Assembly: GCA_019058445.1 (NCBI GenBank)
Contig: JAHPZA010000001.1
Span: forward strand, 96,001 to 160,000
Length of the DNA: 64,000 nt
Reading direction: 5' to 3'
Source of the DNA: Promethearchaeota archaeon
Lineage (GTDB): Archaea > Asgardarchaeota > Lokiarchaeia > Sigyniarchaeales > SOKP01
In this document: positions 1 through 10,028 of the stretch, one piece after another
Position numbering within the stretch: position 1 is the stretch's first letter
Layout of the letters: the number at the start of each line of letters is the position of its first letter
The notes under the pieces: model-generated
What the model saw: the letters and a program-made list of their open reading frames with translations, nothing else
Told to the model about the DNA's origin: nothing
Databases searched by the model: none
Position numbers and translations under genes: made by a program

Positions 1-440
1 AATTTTTTTATTAAATCCGTTTTGGCTGCTAAATCACTAGAGATTTGCTTAATATCTGATAATGTTCTTTCTTTATCTAAACGTTCTCTTCTTTTCATTA
101 GTGAATTATAACTAAATATATTTATTACTGACTGAATTAGCTTATTAATACGGAAGACAATGTTCGAATTAAAATTGATTACATCTTGAGAATCTTTAAT
201 TATAGTAAGTAATTTAAGGGACGTATCTAAACTTAGATATTTTTGGGAGGGGTCCTCAAATAAATCAATAAACTTTTTAATTTGAATCGAGTTATAGTCT
301 TTTCTAACCTTAAAAAACTCGTCTTTTTGAATTTCTTCTATGAGATCCTTTTTAAATTTTCCAAGAATTAATGTAAATCTATCATTAATGGAGATTTCAT
401 TATTTCCAATTATAAGATTAAATATTTTTGAACTTATAGA
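1..440 (-). CDS. partial hypothetical protein (runs off window start); last visible gene of the AAA+ operon
   Basis: Minus-strand frame reads ..NLIIGNNEISINDRFTLILG.. near 400 and ..SLMKRRERLDKERTLSDIKQISSDLAAKTDLIKK at the window edge; start codon not clear. Confidence 0.55.
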
Positions 441-450
441 GGATCACATC

Positions 451-1500
451 TTATTTTTTAGCATTTTTGAATTTTTTTATATGGTCTTTATATTCTTCAT
501 CTTTTTCTTTTTTTCTTTTCCTAATGATATCAAGTGGATCTATTTCATCATCTTTTTGCACCAGATATTTTTCCTCAAAACTATCTTCAAATTTAGATTT
601 AAACTTTTCTATTTTCTCTGTTATTTCTTCACTTATTTCTATTTCTTCTGATAATTCTTGTTTTGTTGCAAAATCTGATAATTTCTTTCTTCTTTTTTTT
701 CGGCTCATTTTTTCGAATTCTTTATCAGATAATCGCAAATAATCCTCATAAGATTGACGTTGAGCCTCTTGTTTTTTTTGTAATTCTTTTAATTTTTCCT
801 TTTCTTTAGTTTGTTGAATAATAACTCTTCGACTGTCTAATTGTTCCTCGGTTAATTTTTTTTCAATAATTTGCAGGAATTCTTTAAAAGATATATTAGG
901 GTTTCTTAAATAAGTTGTTCTAAACTCATTTATTAATACCGGATCAGTGTCTTCGGGGATCTTATTTAATTCAATTGAAAGATTTTGCTTCACTAACAAA
1001 GTATAAAATTTTTCACATTGGTCAATAGATGATTGAAAAAGAGAATTTAATTTTAATGATTCTAATAACTCTAGCCATTCATTTATTTCAATAGCGCTAA
1101 CGAAGGAAGATTTATCAATGATTTTGCTAAGTTTCCTATTTTCGATGAGAAAAATTCCAATTTGCTTTGTTTTTATTGGGTCTATCTTCAGTTTTTTAAG
1201 ATTATTCTTAATAGAGTCTTTATACCTCTTAATTAGATTATCTTGAAAAATTAAGAATTTATTTATGTTAACATTAGAAAGTTTTATCAGCTTTTTATAT
1301 ATATCTTCGAGTAATTGAGTAATAGTTTGGATCTGATTTGAAAATTCTTGATTCTTTGATAAGTCTGAAATTTCGGTTTTTTTATATTCATTAAACTTAG
1401 TATAATTATATTCTAATTGAAACACATTTCCTTGTAATTCTGTAATCGGTCTTGTTAAGTCTTTAATTTTTTCCAAATCAAATATCTGCTGTTCATTCAT
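451..1500 (-). CDS. hypothetical helical/coiled-coil protein, charged C-terminus
   Basis: 349-aa ORF, K/E/Q-rich, tightly packed in operon. Confidence 0.7.
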   Translation of the reverse strand: MNEQQIFDLEKIKDLTRPITELQGNVFQLEYNYTKFNEYKKTEISDLSKNQEFSNQIQTITQLLEDIYKKLIKLSNVNINKFLIFQDNLIKRYKDSIKNNLKKLKIDPIKTKQIGIFLIENRKLSKIIDKSSFVSAIEINEWLELLESLKLNSLFQSSIDQCEKFYTLLVKQNLSIELNKIPEDTDPVLINEFRTTYLRNPNISFKEFLQIIEKKLTEEQLDSRRVIIQQTKEKEKLKELQKKQEAQRQSYEDYLRLSDKEFEKMSRKKRRKKLSDFATKQELSEEIEISEEITEKIEKFKSKFEDSFEEKYLVQKDDEIDPLDIIRKRKKEKDEEYKDHIKKFKNAKK

Positions 1501-1548
1501 TTTTTAATTGTATTATTCCTTGTTATTACAATTTTAAAACTATTTTAT

Positions 1549-2658
1549 CTATATTTCTGGAGGGCCAGATAATTTATTGTCTTGATATTTCTTTTGATCC
1601 TGTTTTCCTTCAAATGATCGTACATTACTTAATAAATCCTGTCTTTCCACATGGATGGCAGTTCCACCAACTAATTCTAACGAGTTATAAAATACATCAT
1701 AAGTTAACAACTCAGTGCTCATAGCTTTAAATAGAGCTACTCTTGTTCCTCTTTCGATATCTGAACCTGAATATCCATATGTTAATTTTAATAATCCTCC
1801 CGTTTTATGTTTTTTATTAAGTTCATTTCGTAGAAAATTGTCATTAAATTCAGATATCTTATGTCCTAATTTGGTTTCTAAATCTCTTGAAATGTCTTGA
1901 ATTATCTCATACTCCTCATCTAATTTGCTAAAAATCGAATCGTCAACTCCAATTTTAGCATTCTTAAGTTTATTGATAAAAGATTCAATAATTTTTTTTC
2001 TTACATGATAATCTGGAAAATCAAAATGAAGATGAAAGGTAAATCGGCGCCATATAGCTGAATCCAGTTGATGAGAATGATTTGTAGCACCAAAAATTGC
2101 CAGTGGTAATCCCTCATAATTAACTCGATCAATAACTTGCAAAAATGAAATAACGGCACGTTTAATTTCTCCCACTTCATGAATATTAGATCGTTCAGAA
2201 CCTATCGCATCGATCTCATCAAAAAAAAGGACAAATGCCCCTCTATCTTTTGCGATATCTGCGGCTAATTCAACTACACCTCTAATGTTTTTAATAGTAT
2301 CACCCAACAAGGGGGATACAAGTCTATCAGATTCTACGATACAGATCGGTATATTATACCTTTTTGCAAATCCTCGTGTTAAAGATGTTTTTCCTGTTCC
2401 TGGAGGTCCATATAATAGTACAGTTAAATTTGGAGTTAGTTTTGAGTTTTTTAATTGTTCTGTAAATTCCTCATATTTCATTAAGGCTTTAAAAAAATCA
2501 TCTAAAATTTCTTTTTTAATTTCATTTCCAATAATATCATCAACAGATTCTTTTATATCTGAAGGTAAATATACCGCACCATATTTACTAAGACGTTCCT
2601 TAATGATATCATCTGTATACGTAATATTTAATTCCTTTTCATTATTCGAATTACTCAT
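1549..2658 (-). CDS. single-domain AAA+ ATPase (classical clade)
   Basis: Walker A GPPGTGKT, Walker B FFDEID, SRH ATNHSHQLDSAIWRRF, lid GYSGSDI. Confidence 0.92.
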   Translation of the reverse strand: MSNSNNEKELNITYTDDIIKERLSKYGAVYLPSDIKESVDDIIGNEIKKEILDDFFKALMKYEEFTEQLKNSKLTPNLTVLLYGPPGTGKTSLTRGFAKRYNIPICIVESDRLVSPLLGDTIKNIRGVVELAADIAKDRGAFVLFFDEIDAIGSERSNIHEVGEIKRAVISFLQVIDRVNYEGLPLAIFGATNHSHQLDSAIWRRFTFHLHFDFPDYHVRKKIIESFINKLKNAKIGVDDSIFSKLDEEYEIIQDISRDLETKLGHKISEFNDNFLRNELNKKHKTGGLLKLTYGYSGSDIERGTRVALFKAMSTELLTYDVFYNSLELVGGTAIHVERQDLLSNVRSFEGKQDQKKYQDNKLSGPPEI

Positions 2659-2689
2659 TTTTTATCATTTCCTCTCTTTATTAGATTAA

Positions 2690-3967
2690 TTATTTATTCT
2701 TTTTTTCATCCATAGCTTCGCAGTAAATTGCAATTTCTTCTATAAAATCTTTTAAATTATCAATTTGACTGCCAATAAAATTAAAGATTTCTTTCCTATA
2801 TTGAACTGAATCTCGAATTTTCATCTTATCTAATCCAAGATAGTTAGGAAAGCACATCAGTTTCATTAAATAAGGTAACACTTTTTCATTTGTTTGTAAA
2901 TCTTTAAAGATCGCATAAAATATATTTTCATCGCTCAATTTCCATTTTAAAATTCCCATATACGTTAAAAAAGCAAAATTCATGGAAATCCAATTAATTA
3001 GTTCCTTTGATAAAAAACCCCGTCGTAATGAGGCGAAAGCTACATAATATAGAATTAAAGTCTCATTACTAAATTGAGGTATAAGCCTTATTGTACCGTC
3101 TGCTTGTTTATTTTCACGCAGAAAATTATGCTCCAAGAAAATCTCAACCGTTTTTTTTTCAGGAGCCAAGAAAATCCCATCCAAAATACGGAATCCTATA
3201 CGCTCTGCGATGTTTTCAATAGCATCTTCCTCTGCATTCGCAATTGAATCAATATATGGTAAGAAAACTTCATTCGTCAAAATCATGGGAATTTCATGAT
3301 TGTCTTTTTCAGGAAAACTTCCAAAATTGGGATCTAAATTGTAAAGTGAGGTTATATTATTGATAATTTGATAAACTTTTGGTGAGACTCCCGGAATCAT
3401 AAAAAAATCAGGATTCTCGATTTTTTCACGATAATACGTATGAGGCATTAAGAGATGCCGTTGGCATTCATAAAATTTCGGAGCATGAGTCAATAATTTT
3501 TTATAAATATGTTTAATATTGTTTCCTCTTGAAAAGATGATTTCCTCGATAAATTTGGCTAAACGATAAAGATAGGTTTTTTCCAAATTTCTTTCATCTG
3601 GATTGGTAATATTTTGCAAAATACTTAACGCATCTACAGATTCATAAAGAAAATCTACTATGTAATCTTTAATATCAATGATGGGAATATTATCGCGGTA
3701 TTTAACAATAAAATCTTTAATTATCTCGTACACGTTAGATCTATACATAGCAGAGAACTCCGAAAGTGCCCTCACTTTCCGGATATTTCTTTTCTCTTCT
3801 TCTTGTCGGATTTTGTCTAATACTTCTGTATCTAAGAGTAAATCGGCATCTAGATTCATTATAATTCTCCTTGTTTCTCTAAGAATAGGTCTCATATGAC
3901 TAATAAACGTCATATATCTTGGCAATAAGTCTGTCCATTTTTCTCTTCTGCTGCTTATTTTTACCAC
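2690..3967 (-). CDS. hypothetical protein
   Basis: 425-aa ORF in operon, no recognised family. Confidence 0.7.
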   Translation of the reverse strand: MVKISSRREKWTDLLPRYMTFISHMRPILRETRRIIMNLDADLLLDTEVLDKIRQEEEKRNIRKVRALSEFSAMYRSNVYEIIKDFIVKYRDNIPIIDIKDYIVDFLYESVDALSILQNITNPDERNLEKTYLYRLAKFIEEIIFSRGNNIKHIYKKLLTHAPKFYECQRHLLMPHTYYREKIENPDFFMIPGVSPKVYQIINNITSLYNLDPNFGSFPEKDNHEIPMILTNEVFLPYIDSIANAEEDAIENIAERIGFRILDGIFLAPEKKTVEIFLEHNFLRENKQADGTIRLIPQFSNETLILYYVAFASLRRGFLSKELINWISMNFAFLTYMGILKWKLSDENIFYAIFKDLQTNEKVLPYLMKLMCFPNYLGLDKMKIRDSVQYRKEIFNFIGSQIDNLKDFIEEIAIYCEAMDEKKNK

Positions 3968-3979
3968 CTTAAATTATAA

Positions 3980-5122
3980 TCATTCTTTTGAGTTTGTTCC
4001 TACAGTTATTTCAGTGAATATATTAGCGATTTCTACAAATATCGGAATCTCTACTCTGCATAAGTTTCCCAAAATCCATTTATTTACATCTTTTATTAAA
4101 AATCGTATTTGATTATGTATTTTTTTATTAATCTCACTATCAATAATTTTGGAGTACCATAGGCCACCACCTAGCCTATAGGCAACTACTTTAATAAGCG
4201 GCTCAAAAAGAGGTTCTAATACCTGTTTCATCATCCAGGATTTGGGGATAACACTCATATTTTGTTCATTGAAAGTGGGATCTCTCAATATGGGATTTGT
4301 TTCATCAACGGAAAGCTTTGGCATAAAACTTAATAGTAAAATTAGAGCAAATATCGCACATATTCCATTGACAGTATAAGATCCCCCGATTTTTTCGAGA
4401 TCATCCCTATTAATAGTAATATTTGCTAAAAACATACAAATAAATACAGTCCTGTCAAATTCCTCGGAAACATAAGCATGTCCAAGTTCATCATCGATAA
4501 TAATATATTTTTCTTTTAAAATTTTTAAGATTTCATCAGGAAACGTATAAAAGGTATATACTTTTCGTTCACTTGTTCGTTTATCCTTTTCAACCACAAG
4601 CTCTTTTGAGATTAAACCAAACATATTTACAAGCTCTTCTAGTTGCTTTTTAATATAGCTTCGGGGTTTATTTGGATCTCCAAACATGGCAAAAAATTGA
4701 TGATCAACAATATGAAAATCATTTCGCTTGCTAAAGGCTTCAACCATTCGATCTATTACAGGAGTTTGTGTTCCTAAAGCAATTGCTTTTGCTTTAGAGG
4801 TAACAAATCCATTAAGTAGTTCATTTATAATAAAATCTTGTTCATGCGTTCTAGATTTCAATATTTTTTCGAAGGCAGCTACAAAATCTTGAGTATCGGG
4901 AAAAAAAGCATTTTGTATTTTATCATTAATGGACCTAATGAAAATTTCTCCATCATTGGTGGGAAAATGGAGTTTCATATTATTTAATCGTTGTAATAAT
5001 GCTTGTTTGGCACCTGGTATGTTTTCAACATCCCTTTCTTCTAAGACTTCAATAGCTTTATCGATCCCTTTTATAAATTCTTGTAATAATTCTTTCCATG
5101 TACGATCTTGATTCTCTGTCAT
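3980..5122 (-). CDS. hypothetical protein, possible winged-helix segment
   Basis: 380-aa ORF; YIKKQLEELVNMFGLISKE..RKVYTFY resembles a helix plus wing. Confidence 0.6.
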   Translation of the reverse strand: MTENQDRTWKELLQEFIKGIDKAIEVLEERDVENIPGAKQALLQRLNNMKLHFPTNDGEIFIRSINDKIQNAFFPDTQDFVAAFEKILKSRTHEQDFIINELLNGFVTSKAKAIALGTQTPVIDRMVEAFSKRNDFHIVDHQFFAMFGDPNKPRSYIKKQLEELVNMFGLISKELVVEKDKRTSERKVYTFYTFPDEILKILKEKYIIIDDELGHAYVSEEFDRTVFICMFLANITINRDDLEKIGGSYTVNGICAIFALILLLSFMPKLSVDETNPILRDPTFNEQNMSVIPKSWMMKQVLEPLFEPLIKVVAYRLGGGLWYSKIIDSEINKKIHNQIRFLIKDVNKWILGNLCRVEIPIFVEIANIFTEITVGTNSKE

Positions 5123-5142
5123 ATCACACTACTAATTTATGT

Positions 5143-6120
5143 TTAATTATTATCAATATCCCAATTTAATTCTTTTGCGGCATTTTTTAATGCGTTAATT
5201 AAAGGTTTTAACAGTTTTTTATCATAAAGATTAGGTGATGATACCCCCTTTTGAACCTTCCAACCCATTTGAGTACCATTTCCCATTTCTCGCTGTCCGT
5301 ATTTTAATATATTTTGTAAATCTCGATTCCACCAATAAAATCTGAGCCATTTTTTATTCGGATTATCTTTTGAATAAATAACTACTAATGCTTTCCATTC
5401 TCCCATTAACCATTTCACCGTTATCCCTGCTACGGGCATATAAAAGTTAATAGGGAAATCTCCTTGAAAATTTAAATCCAAATCAGAGGGAGCTATATTA
5501 AATATTGGCTGATTATATCCTTCTAAAATTACGATTTCTCCACAATGTTGGCATTCATAATGGGATTTCATTTTATCCATTTTCTTCTGGCATCTTGGAC
5601 AAGTTCGATTTTCTAATATCCTATATTTAATGATATCTAATTTCTTTTCTTTTTCTAGCTGTTCCTCGGTTTTTGGACTTTTTCTCCTAAATTTTCCCCG
5701 AAAAGTCCACATTTCATCAAAATTATCGTCAATTTTTTCTAAACTTTTCACTATATTTTTAAGCACATCTTCCTCGTAAATCTTAAACATACCTGCATGT
5801 TGATAAAATGATTTCTTCCACCAAGATAATCTAATATATTTCTCATTTTGTAAAAGAGGGCTATGGCAGATTAAAACCGAAAACCAACGGTTAGGAGTTT
5901 TTGAGATGGTTACACCCTTTTCTACGATCTCATATTGTTTATTTAAACTCGCATTTTGATGGAAATAATCACCTTCCTGAAATCCATCATCTTCAGTGAT
6001 TTTTTGAGTTGTAATTACTTTCTCTTTAATGCCGTCTTTCATTATTTTTTTGCATTGAGGACATTGGAAGATTCCCGCAACTAACTGTTCCATATCAATA
6101 TTACAGGCAGGACATTTCAT
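5143..6120 (-). CDS. protein with two tandem [Zn-ribbon + PC4-like] modules
   Basis: CPAC..CPQC and CPRC..CQHC ribbons, each followed by a similar unit (YIRLSWW / WLRFYWW ... Y..LK.I..L). Confidence 0.6.
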   Translation of the reverse strand: MKCPACNIDMEQLVAGIFQCPQCKKIMKDGIKEKVITTQKITEDDGFQEGDYFHQNASLNKQYEIVEKGVTISKTPNRWFSVLICHSPLLQNEKYIRLSWWKKSFYQHAGMFKIYEEDVLKNIVKSLEKIDDNFDEMWTFRGKFRRKSPKTEEQLEKEKKLDIIKYRILENRTCPRCQKKMDKMKSHYECQHCGEIVILEGYNQPIFNIAPSDLDLNFQGDFPINFYMPVAGITVKWLMGEWKALVVIYSKDNPNKKWLRFYWWNRDLQNILKYGQREMGNGTQMGWKVQKGVSSPNLYDKKLLKPLINALKNAAKELNWDIDNN

Positions 6121-7229
6121 TATTCATCATCACTGGTTGTTATTATATATCTTTCATAATCTAGATTAAGGAGTTTTATCTCTTTTTTGGTGAATTCTGA
6201 AAGTTTCTTATTTATATCAATAAGTTGTTCTCTTAAATCTAAAAGTGAGTTCTGAATCTCATCTACTATGTTATCTTCATTAAATGAAACCTTTTCAATA
6301 AATTCTAAATACCCATATTTGCTATTTTTACCAGAATAGTAATTTTTGATTTCTAACAATTTCTTATCAATTTTTTGAATTTGGAATCTAAAATGTAATA
6401 ATTGCATAAGCTTAGAATTCCATTCTTTATAAATTTGAGCATCCTTTATATTCCCCTTGCTCTTAAACTTATCAGATAGCTTTACTTTCTCTTCTTTGAG
6501 GGTTTTGATAATATCATTGTTTTGTTCTATTGCTTGATTTATAATTTTAACTACACTCTTACTGTTTAAAGCGGAGTCAAATATTTCAATAAGCTCTTCG
6601 ATTTTTTTAGCAATCTCTTCAAATCGTTGATAGAATCTCTCAATGGTGATTTCCATTTTTATAGCTTGATAGACATTTCCATATTGATCTAAAATGTAGT
6701 AGAGAGCTTCTGATAATGTTAAATCTGATTGTCCAATCTCAAAAACCAAAGAGTGTATTGTGCTTGTTGTTTCACATCTCACTCCTTTTAACCTTGTGAG
6801 TGCCAAATTAAAATTTCTTCTAGTGAGAAACTTAAACTTTTTCGTTATCATAAGAAATAAGAGATCTATGGGAATCATGATGGTATTTTTTTCAATAGTG
6901 ATTGTTTCTTCGCCCATTTTTAAAATAAAGTCATCATCTTTCTGTTCAAATTCTCTTAAGCTTCTAATATTCTTAAATAACCCTAAATCGATAGCTACCT
7001 CAATAAAGTTTTGATTCTCGCCCATGAAATTGATTACATTCGCTTTAAAGATATCATCCAAAATCAGAATTCTTTCATAAGATTCCAGTAATTTTTCATT
7101 TTTTAAATCTTCAAATAAATCATTTCTAATAACATATTGAAAGAGGATGATATATCTCATATTGATATCATCCAAAATTTTATTAATCAAATTCTTATCG
7201 TATTCTAATGATAATTTTTTATGCTCCAT
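6120..7229 (-). CDS. hypothetical protein with C-terminal coiled coil
   Basis: 369-aa ORF, stop overlaps next start, heptad-rich C-half. Confidence 0.7.
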   Translation of the reverse strand: MEHKKLSLEYDKNLINKILDDINMRYIILFQYVIRNDLFEDLKNEKLLESYERILILDDIFKANVINFMGENQNFIEVAIDLGLFKNIRSLREFEQKDDDFILKMGEETITIEKNTIMIPIDLLFLMITKKFKFLTRRNFNLALTRLKGVRCETTSTIHSLVFEIGQSDLTLSEALYYILDQYGNVYQAIKMEITIERFYQRFEEIAKKIEELIEIFDSALNSKSVVKIINQAIEQNNDIIKTLKEEKVKLSDKFKSKGNIKDAQIYKEWNSKLMQLLHFRFQIQKIDKKLLEIKNYYSGKNSKYGYLEFIEKVSFNEDNIVDEIQNSLLDLREQLIDINKKLSEFTKKEIKLLNLDYERYIITTSDDE

Positions 7230-7441
7230 AAACCATAAACCTAAAATCCACTAACATTATTTAAATATCAGACAAAAAGAGTTAGTTTAACTAATAAAGC
7301 ATTGCTAAAAAATTTTTCTATTTTTAGCTTAGAAAGCAAAAATTTTTTAGTTTTAATTACCTATGTACTTATGAATAAGAAATTAACTAATTTTCTTTTT
7401 TAATATCTATATTTTTAAAAATTCAGATTAAGGAGATGTAA

Positions 7442-8023
7442 ATGGGAAGAAGAAAGAGAAAACAACAAACCTATAAAAGAGTAAAAAGAGTCCCCAAAAT
7501 CTTTAATTGTCCAAATTGCGGGGAAAAGTCTGTAAAAGTGGAAAACATTAGGAAATCAGCAATAGCAACTGTAAAATGTGGTTATTGTGGATTAACTAAA
7601 GATGTCTTAGTGAATTCTATATCAGAACCTGTCGATGCGTTTGGTGATTTTATCGACATTTATTATGCAGATCAGGAGCTTTTAAGATTAGAAAAACGTG
7701 TTGACAAACTAAAAAGTGAGAAAGAATGGGCAGATTTAGCCTTTTGTTATTCTGTATTATCTGACATATGTAAAGCTAAAGCAGCTGAATCGTTAGAAGA
7801 TGATGAAAATGTTGATATAGAGGAGGCTAACAAATGGAAGATAAGGGCAGAGGAATATAAAAGAAAGGAGAAGGATGCTTTATTGACATTAGACACAAGT
7901 GAATTAGAGAGTGGTATTAAAACTGATGATGAGTCATTATTTACCGAGCACGATGAAAGTTCAATGAAAAAAGAGAAAAAGATTGAGGATATTTTCGACG
8001 ACCCAGGCTTTCTTGAGTTTTAG
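7442..8023 (+). CDS. elf1: transcription elongation factor Elf1 with long C-terminal extension
   Basis: MGRRKRK..PKIFNCPNCG..CGYCG..EPVDAFGDFID Elf1 signature; AAGGAG RBS upstream. Confidence 0.88.
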   Translation: MGRRKRKQQTYKRVKRVPKIFNCPNCGEKSVKVENIRKSAIATVKCGYCGLTKDVLVNSISEPVDAFGDFIDIYYADQELLRLEKRVDKLKSEKEWADLAFCYSVLSDICKAKAAESLEDDENVDIEEANKWKIRAEEYKRKEKDALLTLDTSELESGIKTDDESLFTEHDESSMKKEKKIEDIFDDPGFLEF

Positions 8024-8116
8024 GAGAGATAGAAACAGATTTTGGGTAATTTCGTGCATCTAAAGCTGATTTTACTTCTTAATTAAGGATTATACTAATC
8101 CGATTGAAATAAATGA

Positions 8117-9853
8117 TTAAGAATTATAGCCCCGTATTTTATTTTTAACACTTGAGGGAATATGAGTCCAAATAGGCAATTTTAAGACAAAATTAAAGAA
8201 TTGGTTAGGACTCATATTTTCATGCTTAATAAAATGGCTCCAATTATAATAAGCTAAATTATTGAAAAGATTCATCAGGTTTACTCCCATAGGATTATAT
8301 TTTGATGAAAAAAATCTAGCTAAATAACTTCCGATACGATTTGTCTGGGGGCTTGATTCCGGATACACTGATTCTGCCAATGGTCTGTTGAAGATTTCAT
8401 AAATAGAAATAATAGGAATGAGTTTATCCAACAATTCGTTTATTTTTGCACCATAGCTATCATCATCCAAAGAGAGAGAACTTAATTCGTTCAATTTTCT
8501 GACAGCATAGCGATAATGTCTCTCTTTGAAATATAGCCACATTTTAGCCATTTGATCCCGTAGTTCTTTAATTGATTCAATCACTTCAGCATCTTTAAAA
8601 TTAAATCCTTGTAATTTTTCGAATCTTTTAATAAAAGTCAATAATATTGAGTTTGTAGATTCTTGATCAAAATCGTCTTCACTCTCATCCTTACTTAAAA
8701 GCTTGTATTTTAACTCCTTTTCAGTAGGGGTATGTATTGTGTGTGTAAATAATGGTGTTGTCCATAAGTATTCCCGGAGTTTTTCCATTAATTTTATCGT
8801 TTGGCCATAGTTTTTAATAACCGTAAATTGTATTGATAAATACTTATCTGGGATTACTTGTTCTATGAAATACCTTATTTTATCTTTAATTTTTAAATAT
8901 TTTACTACGTTCTTCTTTTTTTTCTTGAGAGCAGAGACTTTTCTACTTAATAACTTATCAAGATTCATCAATTTTTCGATATATGAATAGAAATCTATAT
9001 CATACTTTTGAATAATGTTAGTATGTGATATTAAGGGAGTCTTTAATACTTGTGGTGAGGATGAGTCAAGAGCTATCTTGTCAACACTCATCGCATGATC
9101 TCCAATGGTATATGAAAAGATCACATTTTCAAGCGCTTCTTCTAGTGAAGCAAATTTTCCTAAGTAGTTTGGAACGCCCGTAAAAACTCCATGTAATAAG
9201 GTATTAATTCCTTTGAAAGTATCATTATCATATTCTGAAATAATAACTGATTCAAATTCTCCCGGATGATGTCTTTTCGATTTGATTTTCTTGTTAACAA
9301 GCACAATGGCTTGATTCGCTTTATGGCATACAGTATAGCTCCATTTTAAAAATGGTTGTATATATTTTACCATATTAAGATGATAGTTATAAAATTCGGG
9401 TCCGAAATAGATTGGAAATCCAAAACCTCGTGAAGTAGCAAAGATAAACTGAAATACATTTCTTGTTTTCTCTCCTTTTAGTAGCCCTGGAAATTTAAAG
9501 TGTAACACAATTTTAGGGTATAGCGCAGCTAACCCTAAGTTCATCCAAGCTTCAAACAGAATAATACTATCAGGAAATCTAAATGAATCTCTTTTACTTA
9601 AAAAATCATCACTTAACGTATTAAGAGCTATTGGGATGGTAAAGAGCCAATCTCCTTTTTTTCTAATAGTTGTTAATCCTTCTTTAAACTTTTTAAAGAT
9701 GAGCGGTTGGATTTGTTTTTGTATTTCACTTTTTTTATGATAATAGTTATTCATTACTCGAAACAAAGAGAGCATTTCAAGTATCTGCCTTTGAGAATTA
9801 TGGGCTACCTTTACATGAGAGCTTTTTTCCAATTTAAGTGTAGAATTCTGCAC
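8117..9853 (-). CDS. hypothetical protein
   Basis: 578-aa ORF, no recognised motif. Confidence 0.7.
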   Translation of the reverse strand: MQNSTLKLEKSSHVKVAHNSQRQILEMLSLFRVMNNYYHKKSEIQKQIQPLIFKKFKEGLTTIRKKGDWLFTIPIALNTLSDDFLSKRDSFRFPDSIILFEAWMNLGLAALYPKIVLHFKFPGLLKGEKTRNVFQFIFATSRGFGFPIYFGPEFYNYHLNMVKYIQPFLKWSYTVCHKANQAIVLVNKKIKSKRHHPGEFESVIISEYDNDTFKGINTLLHGVFTGVPNYLGKFASLEEALENVIFSYTIGDHAMSVDKIALDSSSPQVLKTPLISHTNIIQKYDIDFYSYIEKLMNLDKLLSRKVSALKKKKKNVVKYLKIKDKIRYFIEQVIPDKYLSIQFTVIKNYGQTIKLMEKLREYLWTTPLFTHTIHTPTEKELKYKLLSKDESEDDFDQESTNSILLTFIKRFEKLQGFNFKDAEVIESIKELRDQMAKMWLYFKERHYRYAVRKLNELSSLSLDDDSYGAKINELLDKLIPIISIYEIFNRPLAESVYPESSPQTNRIGSYLARFFSSKYNPMGVNLMNLFNNLAYYNWSHFIKHENMSPNQFFNFVLKLPIWTHIPSSVKNKIRGYNS

Positions 9854-10028
9854 TGACTATAATCAACTGAAGATCTAAATGATCTTTTTAATTAATGTAA
9901 TTATTTATTATGATTTTAAATATTTGAATCTTAATTAAAAAAATGATTTCTTGTAGAATATCAATGATAATAGCTGAAGGATAGAAAATTAAGATTTAAA
10001 AAATGAGAAAAATAATAAGCTATTTTAT

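Noticed and set aside
340-742. Plus-strand ORFs 340-651 and 467-742 (and similar short antisense ORFs throughout the track)
   Set aside because: F/S/I/L-rich shadow frames opposite real genes
1549-2658. Calling the ATPase Vps4/CdvC
   Set aside because: No MIT domain, pore loop SPLLG rather than SKW.G, and no recognisable ESCRT-III neighbour
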